Below are positions 40,985 to 52,408 of a stretch of DNA of 64,000 bases, in pieces. The first letter of the stretch is position 1. Each line of letters opens with the position of its first letter. Source of the DNA: a virus (taxonomy: Duplodnaviria > Caudoviricetes); the IMG/VR virus record IMGVR_UViG_3300029305_003246, positions 1 through 64,000 of that record, one strand, 5' to 3'. The notes under the pieces are model-generated. The model made no database searches. It was not told the origin of the DNA and worked only from the letters and a program-made list of their open reading frames with translations. Made by a program: the position numbers and the translations under genes.

Positions 40985-41386
40985 ATGGTAGAGAAAAATA
41001 GCGATATTAAAATAGGTTATGTGAGTTTATTAGATATGTCCGATGATGAGTTTAATACCTTATTAGATTACTTCGAATTTAAGAAGAAATCTCCTAGTGT
41101 TAGATATTTAGCATCTTTAATAGGGAAGGAAGCTTTTTTAGAGTTAATGGACTTATTTGCATCTGATACGATTAAAATACCTACTAGAGCCGAGTCTATA
41201 AAAATATTAAATTATATCTCTATCTATCATTATTTAAAAGATAGAGAATTCTCCGATATGGCCTATCAAAAGGCCAAAGGTCTATATAAAAGAAAAATAG
41301 ACTCCTTACAGTCTATTGTTAATACTATAGATAACTTAAATGCTATAGATGATTTTGATGATGTAGGTGATGAATTTGAAGAATAA
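40985..41386 (+). CDS. Mor/C-family transcription activator-like protein
   Basis: LASLIGKEAFLELMDLFASDTIKIP matches the Mor dimerisation pattern. Confidence 0.55.
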   Translation: MVEKNSDIKIGYVSLLDMSDDEFNTLLDYFEFKKKSPSVRYLASLIGKEAFLELMDLFASDTIKIPTRAESIKILNYISIYHYLKDREFSDMAYQKAKGLYKRKIDSLQSIVNTIDNLNAIDDFDDVGDEFEE

Positions 41387-41804
41387 CGATTTGGCTAAAA
41401 TAGAGGCTTGGCTAACAGGTACATCTGATGTTTTGCCTACTGATTTGAAGTTGGCAGTTAAAGACCTTATGACCAAACTTCAATTTTCTCAGGGTTCTCT
41501 AATGGTAAGCCAATTAAAAAGAAGTATGAGGTTAATCCAAACTATTAACCTATTAGAGCAGGAGCTTATGTCACCTCAGTATCTCTTAACATTAGATGCT
41601 GAGGCCAAAATGGAAATACTTAATTATTGCACGTCTAACCTTAATAAGAATCTAGATTCTATTAATAAGTTTATGACGGCTAATCAGGAGACAATGAATT
41701 ACATTGACCCTAAGACGAAATCCTTACAAAATCTATTGATGAGTCTATCATCCGATGATATAGATAATTTATTAAATATGTTAGATACAATGAGTGATAA
41801 TTAG
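41367..41804 (+). CDS. hypothetical helical protein
   Basis: overlapping ORF in operon. Confidence 0.55.
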   Translation: MMNLKNNDLAKIEAWLTGTSDVLPTDLKLAVKDLMTKLQFSQGSLMVSQLKRSMRLIQTINLLEQELMSPQYLLTLDAEAKMEILNYCTSNLNKNLDSINKFMTANQETMNYIDPKTKSLQNLLMSLSSDDIDNLLNMLDTMSDN

Positions 41805-41899
41805 TTCACTCATTGTATTTTAACCGTTATATAATATGTATAAAGAACAAAAGATTGGGGTATAATTAGAGTATTAATTATGGAAAAGGGGGTCTTTAT

Positions 41900-42175
41900 A
41901 TGGACGATATCTTAAATTCTATTAAAAGAATGTCATCTATGTTTGGATTTAAGCAAATAGGTGACGAAGTATACTTAAGACCTGCGATGAACGGTCTTGG
42001 TGAAGTTTACTTATCTTTTTTAGATGAATACTTAATATTTGTTACTGATGATAATTCTCTTCATATGTCTTATGAAGATATAATATACAATATTGAACTT
42101 TATAAAGAAAGTCATATGCAAGGATTTAATGAGAGAACTATATTCACTCAAGCATTAGAAATGCTTAAAAAATAA
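41900..42175 (+). CDS. hypothetical protein
   Basis: ORF after the motif at 41804-41828. Confidence 0.55.
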   Translation: MDDILNSIKRMSSMFGFKQIGDEVYLRPAMNGLGEVYLSFLDEYLIFVTDDNSLHMSYEDIIYNIELYKESHMQGFNERTIFTQALEMLKK

Positions 42176-42191
42176 TATTAGGAGGTATTCT

Positions 42192-42974
42192 ATGTATACT
42201 ATAAATGATATTAAGGTTGAATTATTGAATCCAGAGGAAGTTAAAAACTTTATAAAGAACCACGGGATATTTGCATGTCAGTGTTATATGACGCCAGAGA
42301 AGTTCGCCGAAAGAGTTGGAATATCTTGTTTAAGAGAAGGACATCGTTCAGGTTCTAGAGGTGATATGTTCAAGTTTAGAATTACTTGCCCTAGATTTTG
42401 TGCAGACCAAATAATGAGACATAGTGTTGGTACAGCTATAAATTGTCAATCTCAAAGATATGTAGATATGGATGATAATTTCTCAATATATGTCCCACCT
42501 TTCGTTGAAAATAATGAAGTTTTAAGTGACTTCTATAAAATATATGAGGATAATTGTAAGTTAGTTTATGATAAAGTAAGAAATTTAATGACTTCTAAAG
42601 GTATCACAGGTGAAACAGCTAATGACTTAATGAGAACTATGTTACCGATAGGAGTTGAGTGCAACTTAACTATGGGATTTACTATTGAAGCCTTAATACA
42701 TTTTATGGAAAAACGTTTATGTGTAAGAGCCGATGCACCTATTCGCAAAGTAGCCCAATTAATGAGGGAAGCAGTCCTAGCAGTTGAGCCTAGATATGAA
42801 GAGTTCTTTATACCACAATGTGAAGCTTTAATGTATTGTCCAGAGAAGCATACTTGTGGTGCTTACCCTTCTAGAGAAGAAGTAGAAAGATTACTTAAAT
42901 TAGGTAAAGATTGTTGCAAAAATAACCCTTTAGACGAGTTCTGTAATGGTGATTGTTCTAAATGTAATAAATAA
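42192..42974 (+). CDS. thyX: flavin-dependent thymidylate synthase
   Basis: GHRS, QIMRH...SQRYV, RTMLP, FMEKRLC, CPE..TCG. Confidence 0.88.
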   Translation: MYTINDIKVELLNPEEVKNFIKNHGIFACQCYMTPEKFAERVGISCLREGHRSGSRGDMFKFRITCPRFCADQIMRHSVGTAINCQSQRYVDMDDNFSIYVPPFVENNEVLSDFYKIYEDNCKLVYDKVRNLMTSKGITGETANDLMRTMLPIGVECNLTMGFTIEALIHFMEKRLCVRADAPIRKVAQLMREAVLAVEPRYEEFFIPQCEALMYCPEKHTCGAYPSREEVERLLKLGKDCCKNNPLDEFCNGDCSKCNK

Positions 42975-43077
42975 TAATTAAGGTGAGGAAAATTCCTCAC
43001 CTTTTTTCGTTCAAATAGGTATCATTTTCCGTATAAAAGTATATAATGAAGTAAATAAATATTTAGGAGGTAATCTC

Positions 43078-43905
43078 ATGGAAAATAAAATGAATGTTTA
43101 TTATGCTAAAGGTAATATAATAGAAATAGCAGATTGTGATATATTAGCTATAGATAGTAAGGGAAATGCAAATGTTAGAGAAGTTTGTCCTAAGTGTGGA
43201 GGCACAGGTGTTCTTCCTTGTTATAGACATATCCAAAATGGAATTTGTTTCAAGTGTGAAGGTGCTAGATATTTTGTAAAAAGTAGAAAATTAAGAACTA
43301 TGGAAGAAGCTCTTAAGATGCAAGAAAAATATTTAGCTAAAAAGGAAAAAGAACGTCAAGAGTATTTAGCTAAAAGACGTGAAGAGTTTATAGCTAAATA
43401 TGAAACTTTAACTGATATGTATGTAGTATATAAAAATAGTTATGAAATTAAAGATTATCTAAAAGAATTAGGGTATAAATTTAGTAAGGCATTAAAAGTA
43501 TGGTACGGACCTATTAAGCCAGATAAAGGGACTTTCGTTTTTATACCTAAAGATGAATTTTATGAAATAGAAGAAAATATAAATGAAATTAATATAAATT
43601 ACTCTAATATAAATAGATTTATCGATAATGCAGTATTTGAAAATAGTGAATACTTTGGTAAAATAGACGATAAATATACTAAAGAACTAAAAGTTCTTAA
43701 TGTTAAAATAATAGAAGGCAAGTTCACTACTCACCTTGTTACTCTAACTGATGGCAATTACAAGTTCAGTTGCTTTACAAATGCTTATAAAGTTCTAGAT
43801 AATATCGAAATAGATAATACTTATAACTTTACATTTACTGTAAAAAGTCACGATACTTATAATAGTGAAAAAATAACTTATATAAAAGGTATAAAATTAG
43901 CTTAG
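43078..43905 (+). CDS. zinc-finger plus OB-fold protein
   Basis: CPKCGGTG...CFKCEG, LKELGYKFS...W, C-terminal OB-like strands. Confidence 0.55.
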   Translation: MENKMNVYYAKGNIIEIADCDILAIDSKGNANVREVCPKCGGTGVLPCYRHIQNGICFKCEGARYFVKSRKLRTMEEALKMQEKYLAKKEKERQEYLAKRREEFIAKYETLTDMYVVYKNSYEIKDYLKELGYKFSKALKVWYGPIKPDKGTFVFIPKDEFYEIEENINEININYSNINRFIDNAVFENSEYFGKIDDKYTKELKVLNVKIIEGKFTTHLVTLTDGNYKFSCFTNAYKVLDNIEIDNTYNFTFTVKSHDTYNSEKITYIKGIKLA

Positions 43906-43967
43906 AAGGTTCAAATGAACCTTCTTTTTTCGTTCTAATTAATACACTAATTAAGGGAGGCTATAAC

Positions 43968-44398
43968 ATGGGAAGATTTGAAATTGACAGAAATAAAGAA
44001 GTTCAAGGTATTCTTAAATTATATGCATTAGATTCTGAGGTTCGTACTTTTATAGATGAATTATACTTCGCCAACTATGTGGAGTATAAAGGGAAATTAA
44101 GATTAGCTATTCGCCATAATATAGATGCTATAAATGAATTTATAGAAAATAAAGATAATAAGGAGGAATAATTATGCAAATGTATATATACCCAAAATAT
44201 AATATAGGGCAAAAAGTAAAAGCATATCAAAATCCTATAATAAATGGAAAAATAAGTAGTAGAGCTATAGTTGTTTATGGTGTAGTAAAAGAAATTATAA
44301 TTGGCAGAGACTTTATTCTTGACCAACTTTACTATATGTATCGACTTGATTCAGGTGAAGTATTTATTGAAAATAATCTACTAGAAAGACGAGATTAG
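43968..44398 (+). other. two small hypothetical CDS (43968-44171, 44174-44398)
   Basis: RBS-preceded ORFs after the cassette at 43909-43934. Confidence 0.55.
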
Positions 44399-44543
44399 TT
44401 CATAAGTATTCTTTTAATCGTTTAACAAGTAAAGAAAGGAGGTTTAAAAGTGGTTATGAAAATTATATTTAGTTTATTTGCATTTTTATTCTTCCTTGTC
44501 TTTATTGATGATTATATAAAAATTAATTTCAGGAGGTAACCTT

Positions 44544-45170
44544 ATGATATACAAACCCGAGCTTACAGCTATTCATTCTGAAAGTCCAAGTGAATCTGCT
44601 AGAATATTAAGCGAGTTAGCTAATGAGTGTGATAAAGTATTAGATTATGGATGTGGATTTGGTAGAAATATTCAATATATGTTAGAAAATGGATTTACTT
44701 ACGTTGACGGAACTGATACTTTAGTCCAATTAGATAAGTTACAAACTGAAATCTTTAGTAATGACCTTTACAAATGGGAATTATTTAAGATGCATAGTGT
44801 TGAGCTTGAGTTAAGTACCTATTTAACGAGTGAATCTTATGATTATGTATTAAGTTCCTTCGTATTAAATGTAGTTACTGACGAGTGGAAAAGTTACATT
44901 TTAGATGATATGAATAGACTTCTTAAACCTAATGGGACATTAATATTAGAAGTTAGAGCTAATGTGAAAGCCAAGTCAAAAGTTCAATTCCATGATGGTT
45001 TCCTTATAAGAAAAGGGAAGTCTAAAACTTTCCAAGAAGTTATCTCTAAAGAAAAGATGGCCACTCTAGTTAGGGAGGCAGGATTCGATATAGAAAAGCA
45101 TATATTTACTTCTAGCAAGCATATAGTTATAGCTAAAAAGATTTTCGATTCTCCGATAGATTGGTTCTAA
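44544..45170 (+). CDS. class I SAM-dependent methyltransferase
   Basis: VLDYGCGFGR, YDYVLSSFVLN, LLKPNGTLIL. Confidence 0.88.
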   Translation: MIYKPELTAIHSESPSESARILSELANECDKVLDYGCGFGRNIQYMLENGFTYVDGTDTLVQLDKLQTEIFSNDLYKWELFKMHSVELELSTYLTSESYDYVLSSFVLNVVTDEWKSYILDDMNRLLKPNGTLILEVRANVKAKSKVQFHDGFLIRKGKSKTFQEVISKEKMATLVREAGFDIEKHIFTSSKHIVIAKKIFDSPIDWF

Positions 45171-45230
45171 AATATGAATTAAATCGTACAATGAAGTATA
45201 AGTAAATATAAAATTTTAGGAGGTAACCTT

Positions 45231-45539
45231 ATGAAAGATATAAAATGTCCTTGTTGTAATAAGAATATAATTACTGAAAAGAAAATAAAAGATGCAGATA
45301 GATGGGATAATTATGGTGGGATATCTTGGTTACTTGTGGGAGGACCTATTGGATATGGTCTTGGGGCATTATGTTTAGGTACTAAAGCCTTTAAAAAGCA
45401 TATTCAAGATGAAGTAGATGTTAAATGTCCTCATTGTAAAAAGAAAATTACTCTAACTAAAGCACAATGGAAGGAAATTAAGGCTCTAATAAAAGAAGTT
45501 CAAACTAATGAAAGACATAAAAAGCAAAATCGTTTATAA
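45231..45539 (+). CDS. zinc-ribbon membrane-associated protein
   Basis: CPCC...CPHC flanking a Gly-rich hydrophobic segment. Confidence 0.55.
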   Translation: MKDIKCPCCNKNIITEKKIKDADRWDNYGGISWLLVGGPIGYGLGALCLGTKAFKKHIQDEVDVKCPHCKKKITLTKAQWKEIKALIKEVQTNERHKKQNRL

Positions 45540-45611
45540 AAGTTAGTTCACGAGTACTGAAGTACTCGTTATATAATATAAATAAAATTAAATTTTAGGA
45601 GGTATTGCCCT

Positions 45612-46847
45612 ATGAAAAATATAAAATTAAATGATGTTGTTAAAGTTCAAGTAAATGGAAGATTTGTTCAAGGTTATGTTATACAGTTAAATGAAGGCAA
45701 GGCATTAGTTCAAGTTCCAGTGTTCTATGGTGATACAAAATTTATCGAAGTTGAGTCTAAAGTTGAAGATTTAATGCCAGTCTTTAAAGATTTTAATGAC
45801 TGGAAAAAATTTAATGGTAAGTAAAATTAGGGAGTACGAAAATGGATATAAAAACTATAAAAATAGATGAGTATAATAGAAGTAACCAACTAAATATATT
45901 AAATATAGTTGGAATGTATATGGTAGAAAATATGTATACAGTAACTTATTTTAAAACTAATGAAGGCCTATATAAATTACAAATAATTAATGATGAAAGT
46001 GTTGAACTTTTAATTGAATATTCGGAACAAGACCGAATATTCAATATTTATGATATAAACTTTAAAGATAAAGAATTATTAGTCGATATAGAAGATATAA
46101 TAGATAGAGAATTCGATTTGGATAGTTGGGATTAACTTCTCAACTATCTTTATGTATAATAAGCGAAGACGAAGGTGAACTTAATAGTTCACCTTTTTAA
46201 TGCCTTTCGTTCATATAAGCATAAGGAGTGATAATATGAAAAAGAAGTTAATCTTAATAACTATACTATGGCATATAATTCTCTTCATATTCTGTTACTA
46301 CACTGGAAAGTTATTCCTATTCTTTATTAAATTAGCTTTTAAGATGATACAATTAGCCATATTAAGTAGATTTATCGAAGTTATATAGGGGGGAAGTTAT
46401 ATGAAGACTATACTATTTATACTTGAGGCAATATTATCGATGTTAATAGCAGGTATTATTTCTTTTATAGTTGCTCTTGTACTTTATGCGATATTATATA
46501 ATGGAGGTTTATTCCTATGATGCAATTATATTTCCTAATGATTCTCAAATTCATATTCGATGTGTTCATAACTTTCCTTTTATTCGTTCTAAATACAATA
46601 CTTACAGTTACAATATGCATCGGATTTGTTGGATTCTTCTATCAAGTATACAAACTATTTAAGAGGGAGTGATATTATGATAAGAGCTATTAAAGATGCA
46701 ATTAAGTTCGTATCTAAGATAATTCTTAATATATTTATGTTCATTCTAGCATTATTCAGTCTGATAGGTTCTTTAGCACTTGGAATAATCATCCCAGTCC
46801 TTGTTGTGATAATACTTGGATGCATTGTATTTGAATTACTATTCTAA
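45612..46847 (+). other. cluster of small hypothetical and membrane CDS (45612-45824, 45842-46135, 46236-46388, 46677-46847)
   Basis: RBS-preceded ORFs. Confidence 0.5.
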
Positions 46848-46957
46848 ACTCAAATCGATTCTAGAACTTCCCAAGATAATTTTCAAACTCAAGCAAATCA
46901 CGAGGATATGACGTTCACCTATTAAAAATTCCAAATAAAAATAAGGAGGCAAACCCT

Positions 46958-47749
46958 ATGAGGATAATTAAGAAAAAAGGTCAATTATCTATCCAAAAGG
47001 AGTTGCACGAAGAGTGCAATTCTCCTTCATCTAGTAGTAACAGTATAAACAGTCATAATAACAATCATAGTAAGAACAGTAATAAGAGTGATAGTGTCAA
47101 TTCTAGTAAGAAAGCCAATACTACTAAGAACTTTGATAAGATATTCGGTAAGGTAAGAGGGAATGAGGAGTTTGAAATGCTTATGAGAGACCAGGGGGAT
47201 GCGATTTTGAGGACGAAAGGAGCCTTGATGTATAGGAATAAAGGGAAGATGTCCGATAATGATTTAGAGTCTGCTATTAATATGGGTCTATTTGTTGCAT
47301 TCCAAAAGTTCGACCCTTCACGAGGATATTCATTTGCGACGTTCTTCGGTAAGGTAGCTATCAATGAGATTAAGCAGAACTACAGGGACTTTAAGAGATT
47401 TAATGGGTCTTATACCACTCATTCAGGAAATACGAGGGTGAATGTGAGTTATGATGTCGATAGTGAGGATATCATAAGTGCAATAAATCTTCTAACTTCT
47501 AGAGTTGACGATACTGATGCTATATGTGAAGCCAAGGATGTCTTATCTTTAGTAGACGAGCTTTTAAAAGAATTAAATGACGATAGGTTCACTCAAATTA
47601 TACCTTACGTTCAATTAGAGTATAAGACGAAGGATATAGCCGAGGAGCTTGGGGTAAGACCACCTCAAGTATCTAAAGCTAAGAAAAGATTTGCAACTTT
47701 ATTCTTTGATAAATACCCAGAGTTAAAAGAATATATTGAAAGCTTATAA
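46958..47749 (+). CDS. sigma70-family sigma factor with N-terminal Ser/Asn tract
   Basis: DLESAINMGLFVAFQKFDPSRGYSFATF (region 2), KDIAEELGV..PQVSK (region 4). Confidence 0.88.
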   Translation: MRIIKKKGQLSIQKELHEECNSPSSSSNSINSHNNNHSKNSNKSDSVNSSKKANTTKNFDKIFGKVRGNEEFEMLMRDQGDAILRTKGALMYRNKGKMSDNDLESAINMGLFVAFQKFDPSRGYSFATFFGKVAINEIKQNYRDFKRFNGSYTTHSGNTRVNVSYDVDSEDIISAINLLTSRVDDTDAICEAKDVLSLVDELLKELNDDRFTQIIPYVQLEYKTKDIAEELGVRPPQVSKAKKRFATLFFDKYPELKEYIESL

Positions 47750-47829
47750 GTGTTTAAATGAGGTAAAGCTAAAGGTGAGAAGGCCAAGCAAATAAATGAG
47801 AATATAATTATAATTCGGAGGGAAGTCCT

Positions 47830-48156
47830 ATGAATGATATAAAAAAGGGTGATATACTATTTGTAAACTTTGGTGAGCAAGAAGGTAGTGTCCAAAAGGG
47901 AAAAAGATATGCTATAGTAGTGAGCAATAATGTAGGTAATAAATACAGCACGACTATAATGGTAGTACCAACCACGACTAAGAAGAAAGCTAATCTCCCT
48001 ACACATTTTAATACTACTATTGAAAGGGATAGCACTATACTATGTGAGAATATAATGACTATATCTAAAGACCAAGTCATTAGGAAGTATAATACTTTAA
48101 GCAATGACGATATTAAGAAGCTTAATCATTGCTTAAAGGTAGCGATGACTTTATAA
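47830..48156 (+). CDS. mazF: PemK/MazF-family endoribonuclease with no adjacent antitoxin
   Basis: KKGDI.FVNF, GSVQKGKRYAIVVSN..GNKYS, VVPTTT, LCENIMTISK. Confidence 0.9.
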   Translation: MNDIKKGDILFVNFGEQEGSVQKGKRYAIVVSNNVGNKYSTTIMVVPTTTKKKANLPTHFNTTIERDSTILCENIMTISKDQVIRKYNTLSNDDIKKLNHCLKVAMTL

Positions 48157-48276
48157 AATAAAGTCATCCCCAAGTACATAGCCCTATGAGTCTAATAACA
48201 TAAATACATAGGGCATATAATATAATAAAGTTATTCAAGAGATAGCTTAACAAATTAAAGTTGGAGGTAATTAAAT

Positions 48277-48663
48277 ATGATATATACTAATAATCTACAT
48301 GAACAAATATGCGACCATAATTCGGAGTTCCGTAACTTGGCCAATACGATATCTTGGTTGACTGATGGTTGTCCTTATATGGTGGCCGAGTTCGACCTAT
48401 TACAAGCTTTTATTTCTAAAGACTATAATCGTATAAGGGAAGAAATAACTCCCTTCTTTTTTAGCGATGATAAGTTTATGGATGAAATAACAGATATGTT
48501 TAATAAGGTACTAGAGGCAGAGATGGAAATAGTCTATGAAAACATTATGCAGGACTTAGTTGTCGAGCTTTCGGAAGATGGTACTAAGGTAGAAGTCAAG
48601 AAGTGGACTGACGAATATATGGAAGACGAAGCCGAGGCAGAGTTTGAGGAGGGTGATGAATAA
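48277..48663 (+). CDS. acidic hypothetical protein
   Basis: GGAGG RBS. Confidence 0.6.
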   Translation: MIYTNNLHEQICDHNSEFRNLANTISWLTDGCPYMVAEFDLLQAFISKDYNRIREEITPFFFSDDKFMDEITDMFNKVLEAEMEIVYENIMQDLVVELSEDGTKVEVKKWTDEYMEDEAEAEFEEGDE

Positions 48664-49250
48664 TGTGGTTCATAATATTATGTATTCTTATTATGTTTGG
48701 TTTATTTATCCTAACTGATAAAATGGATTAATAAATTATCAAGAATAGGTTCACGAATATGAACCTATTCGTTCTATAAGATACAAATAAATATGAGGAG
48801 GCATATGTTATGAGAGGAGAGTTCATGATTAGTGCATTAGTATTCTTGGTAGGTTGTTTTACAGGGGCAAAAGTTCAAGCTTATGTAAGAGCAGGCAAAG
48901 ATAAAAAGGAGGGAAAATAATATGGAATATTTTGAATTAGTTATGATTTCACTTATACTTGCAGGATGTGGTGGCCTACTTGGTTACTTATTCGCCGACC
49001 TAAAGTATCAAATAGACTTACTTGAAGCTAGTAGAGAAGATGCTAAAGTATATTATGATGAGGAGGAAGAAGAATAATGACTTGGCAGACAGCTTTAATG
49101 TTGACAATTGTAATTACTTTAGCGACTACAAGTTCTGTCCTAATATATACCGATATAAAATCGAAGGAGTTTGATGAAGATGAGGATGAATAATTCTCAT
49201 CTTTTTTCACGAAAGCAGTAATCATTTCAAGAAAATATAATACAATATAA

Positions 49251-49351
49251 GTATAGAAGGAAAACTAGTAAAAACCAGTGAGGAAGAGTCACGTAAATCG
49301 TTAGTGGGAAAGTAACCACTCTAAAAAGTTCCCCACGCAAGTGGGCTATAC
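49251..49351 (+). ncRNA. structured 5' leader or small RNA
   Basis: GTATAG/CTATAC closing stem, GTGA/TCAC, AGTGG/CCACT, CCCAC-GCAA-GTGGG; directly after promoter 49218-49246. Confidence 0.4.
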
Positions 49352-49387
49352 ATAGCAGTACAAATTAAATATTAGGAGGTAGACTCT

Positions 49388-51276
49388 ATGTTAAATAAAA
49401 TAAAAAATTTAGTACCTAGTAAATATGTGAAATTTGAAGAGGCATACGATAAATACGGATACGAAGATATGGTTATAGTTAATCTAGTAAAAGAAGATAG
49501 TTATTTCCTTCTAGCTTATGACGATGAAGATTATTTCCACCTTATAGATGAGGTACATTGTATGGCATGGTATACTAAGGACATAAAAGAAGTTGCACAA
49601 TGGATTGAAAATTATTTATAAGTGTAACCTTTTCAAGAAAATATAATACAATAGAAGTATAATAATAAATATAATTTTAGGAGGTAATCTCTATGAAAAA
49701 GCTAAGTCCAGAATTATACCTATATAAAGGAGTTGAAGTTCATAAGCTATCTAGTGGAAATTATGAAGCTTTAGTTTATGTTAATGACTATAGACTTCCA
49801 CTTAAAGTTATAGGAGCTACTCAAGCGAGCTTTAAGAAGATATTTAATAAGGTAGTAAAAGACAATGGTGGATTAAAGGAGGCGAAATAATATGATTTAT
49901 TTCATTCTTCTAGCTATTCTGATAATCGATATTAAGTTTATGATATTAAATAACCTTAACTAAGATGGACGCAAGTCCATCTTTTTAATTGAAAATTTTT
50001 CGAAAAATAGGTATCTTTTCAAGAAAGCAACGTATAATAGAAGTATAATAAGTTATAATAAAATTTTAGGAGGTAGCCCTATGAAAATAAAATTCCATTT
50101 AGATTCTACTGAAAGAAAATATGTATGTGAGTTCTTATTAAATGTTAATAGAGATAAGATAAAAGCTATTATCGAAAATTATAGACAATACAAATATGAT
50201 GGCAATACTACTTTTAATAATCTTGATATAGATGAAGTATTTGCAGGAGTTGTTGATATGGCAACTCATATGATAAGCGAAAAAGAAATAGTCAAGGCTC
50301 CAGTTGATACTACTTTAGCTTTTTATTATTGGTTAGGTGCACAATGTATAGATGATACGTTCTACATTTTAGGATGCGAACGTGATAATAAAGCAGTAGC
50401 CATCGATAGAGCTATGGGTAATCTATATGGCGACCTAGACCAAGCTTTAGAAGCATATAGCTTTGGTTATACTAACTATTAGAGCGAGTTCAATACTCGC
50501 TCTTTTTTCGTTTATATGATTAAGCTAAAGGAGGCGATGTAATGAAATTTAATCTTGGGGATGTTGTTAAGATAGCACGTGAAGAATTATTTATGTCAGG
50601 ATGTTATGGTACAATCATAGGTACTATAGAGGAAACAAGAGAATATATCGTTGGGTTCTATATGGTAGACGATGATGGAGTCGTAACTTTATATGATGAA
50701 TTCTTCTACTATGAAAACGAATTGGAGTTGAAAAAATGAATATAGATTTAAACTATAGGGAGATACAAATGATACTCGAGGCACTTGATGCACACTTATG
50801 CGACTTATATGCTAGTCAAGATATCTATTCTGATAATGAAAAGGTTTTATTTCTACTTAACGAATCTATCGATGGGATAAATCGATTAAGAGCCAAATTA
50901 CAAGGGAGGGAATAATATGAGAGTGAAGCTAGACCTTATGAGGTTAGATAGTTTTGAGCCCGTACAAGAAACCTTCGAAAGATTAGGTGCGAGGCATATC
51001 CACGATATCTGTATCTTAAAAAACAATAAGGAAATCGATAGGGAAGCAGTATATAGAGCTACAACTCAAATAGCAAGGCATTTGGATGTAGGTATACTAG
51101 AGTTCCTTATGCCAGAGGATGATGTGAAAGCCTTGAAGGAATGGTTAGGCATCCAAGCTATGATAGAGACTTATTACTTAGTAACTGAACTAGATTTAGA
51201 ATATCCTATAACGACTATCGACCGAGCTTTATTTGATTTATTCTATAATTTATCAGTCGAATTAGGGGAGGTGTAA
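49388..51276 (+). other. small early-type hypothetical CDS (49388-49621, 49693-49890, 50081-50482, 50542-50739, 50917-51276 HTH-like)
   Basis: each has a strong RBS, several have their own promoter. Confidence 0.55.
50010..50038 (+). promoter_or_regulatory. class A promoter GGTATC-N17-TATAAT (representative of ~15 copies)
   Basis: related copies at 43018, 49218, 49624, 56015, 56218, 58939, 60231, 60605, 60736, 62041, 62632, 63687. Confidence 0.75.
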
Positions 51277-51277
51277 A

Positions 51278-52201
51278 ATGAGAATATTAGAATTAAATAA
51301 CCTAAAAGTAAATGAAGTAATTAGAGGTTATGCTCTAATTACTTCTTATTCAGTTGCAAGTTATGGCAACCAAGGTAAGTCTAGAGCATTAGGCTCATTA
51401 CAAACGAAGGATAAGTCCATCGAGTGGACGGCATTCGATACTAAGGTAGTCGAATATTTTTCTAGTATGGAGATAAATAATATACTATGTATAGACGCAA
51501 AAGTGAGCGAGTATAATGGGAAGTTATCTCTAGTAATTAATAAGATAGATTTCGAGCCTACTACTTTAACTAAATATGATTTTATGAAGTCAGTTGAAGT
51601 TGGTAGCCTATGTCAAGGTTTACTATATGGAGTTCAGCAGCATCTATCTCCTAATTATCAAAGAGTATTCTCCGTTCTATTAAGGGACTATAGAAAGGAA
51701 TACACTCGTACTTATGCAGGAGCGAAGTATCACGATGCACTTATTGGTGGTCTACTTAATCACTCATATAAGATGTTTAGAATAGCTTTAATACTTCTAG
51801 ATAATGACCCACGATTAGAACCTTTTAAAGACGAGCTTTTACTCGGTACTTTAATACACGACTTTGGTAAGGTTATCGAGCTTAATATAAATAAGTACAC
51901 TAAGAACTCCTTCGTTACTCATAGAACGTTAGGCATTGAAATATTAGCTTTAAGAAGGGATGAGATAGTCCCATGTATAGGCGAAGATGCATATTACAGG
52001 TTGTTGGCCATAGTCCAAGGTCATCACGGGGAGCAGTGGGGAGATGCACCGACTACTATGATTACCCAAGTAGTACATTATATTGACCTTCTAGAAAGTC
52101 AAACTACAGGTTTCCTTGATATCATCGAGAACGAAGCATACCAAGTCCAAGATAATGGCAATAAAGTAATCAAGCATGGAGGGAATAACTTAGTAATTTA
52201 G
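51278..52201 (+). CDS. yhaM: YhaM/Cbf1-like 3'-5' exoribonuclease (OB + HD)
   Basis: N-terminal OB, AKYHDA..GGLLNHS, LIHDFGK, H, HHG, VHYID. Confidence 0.85.
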   Translation: MRILELNNLKVNEVIRGYALITSYSVASYGNQGKSRALGSLQTKDKSIEWTAFDTKVVEYFSSMEINNILCIDAKVSEYNGKLSLVINKIDFEPTTLTKYDFMKSVEVGSLCQGLLYGVQQHLSPNYQRVFSVLLRDYRKEYTRTYAGAKYHDALIGGLLNHSYKMFRIALILLDNDPRLEPFKDELLLGTLIHDFGKVIELNINKYTKNSFVTHRTLGIEILALRRDEIVPCIGEDAYYRLLAIVQGHHGEQWGDAPTTMITQVVHYIDLLESQTTGFLDIIENEAYQVQDNGNKVIKHGGNNLVI

Positions 52202-52254
52202 TTCATGTATCTAAAGAAAAACGTTTTATATAATAAGTAAATAAGCTAAAGGAG

Positions 52255-52386
52255 ATGATTACAGCAGAACCGTTAAAGAGGGTTACTAAAGAAGTTGATA
52301 TAAGAGATAAATATTGGAAGATAGCCGAAGATATTTGGTGCATAATATTTTGGGCAGGTGTCATAGGATACTTCTTTTTTAAATAA
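52255..52386 (+). CDS. small membrane peptide (43 aa, not in ORF track)
   Basis: AAAGGAG RBS; C-terminal hydrophobic segment. Confidence 0.45.
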   Translation: MITAEPLKRVTKEVDIRDKYWKIAEDIWCIIFWAGVIGYFFFK

Positions 52387-52408
52387 TTTAATATTTAGAG
52401 GTAGCTTT

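Noticed and set aside
46471-46662. 63-aa + strand ORF
   Set aside because: No convincing RBS, and it overlaps better-supported small membrane ORFs in other frames.
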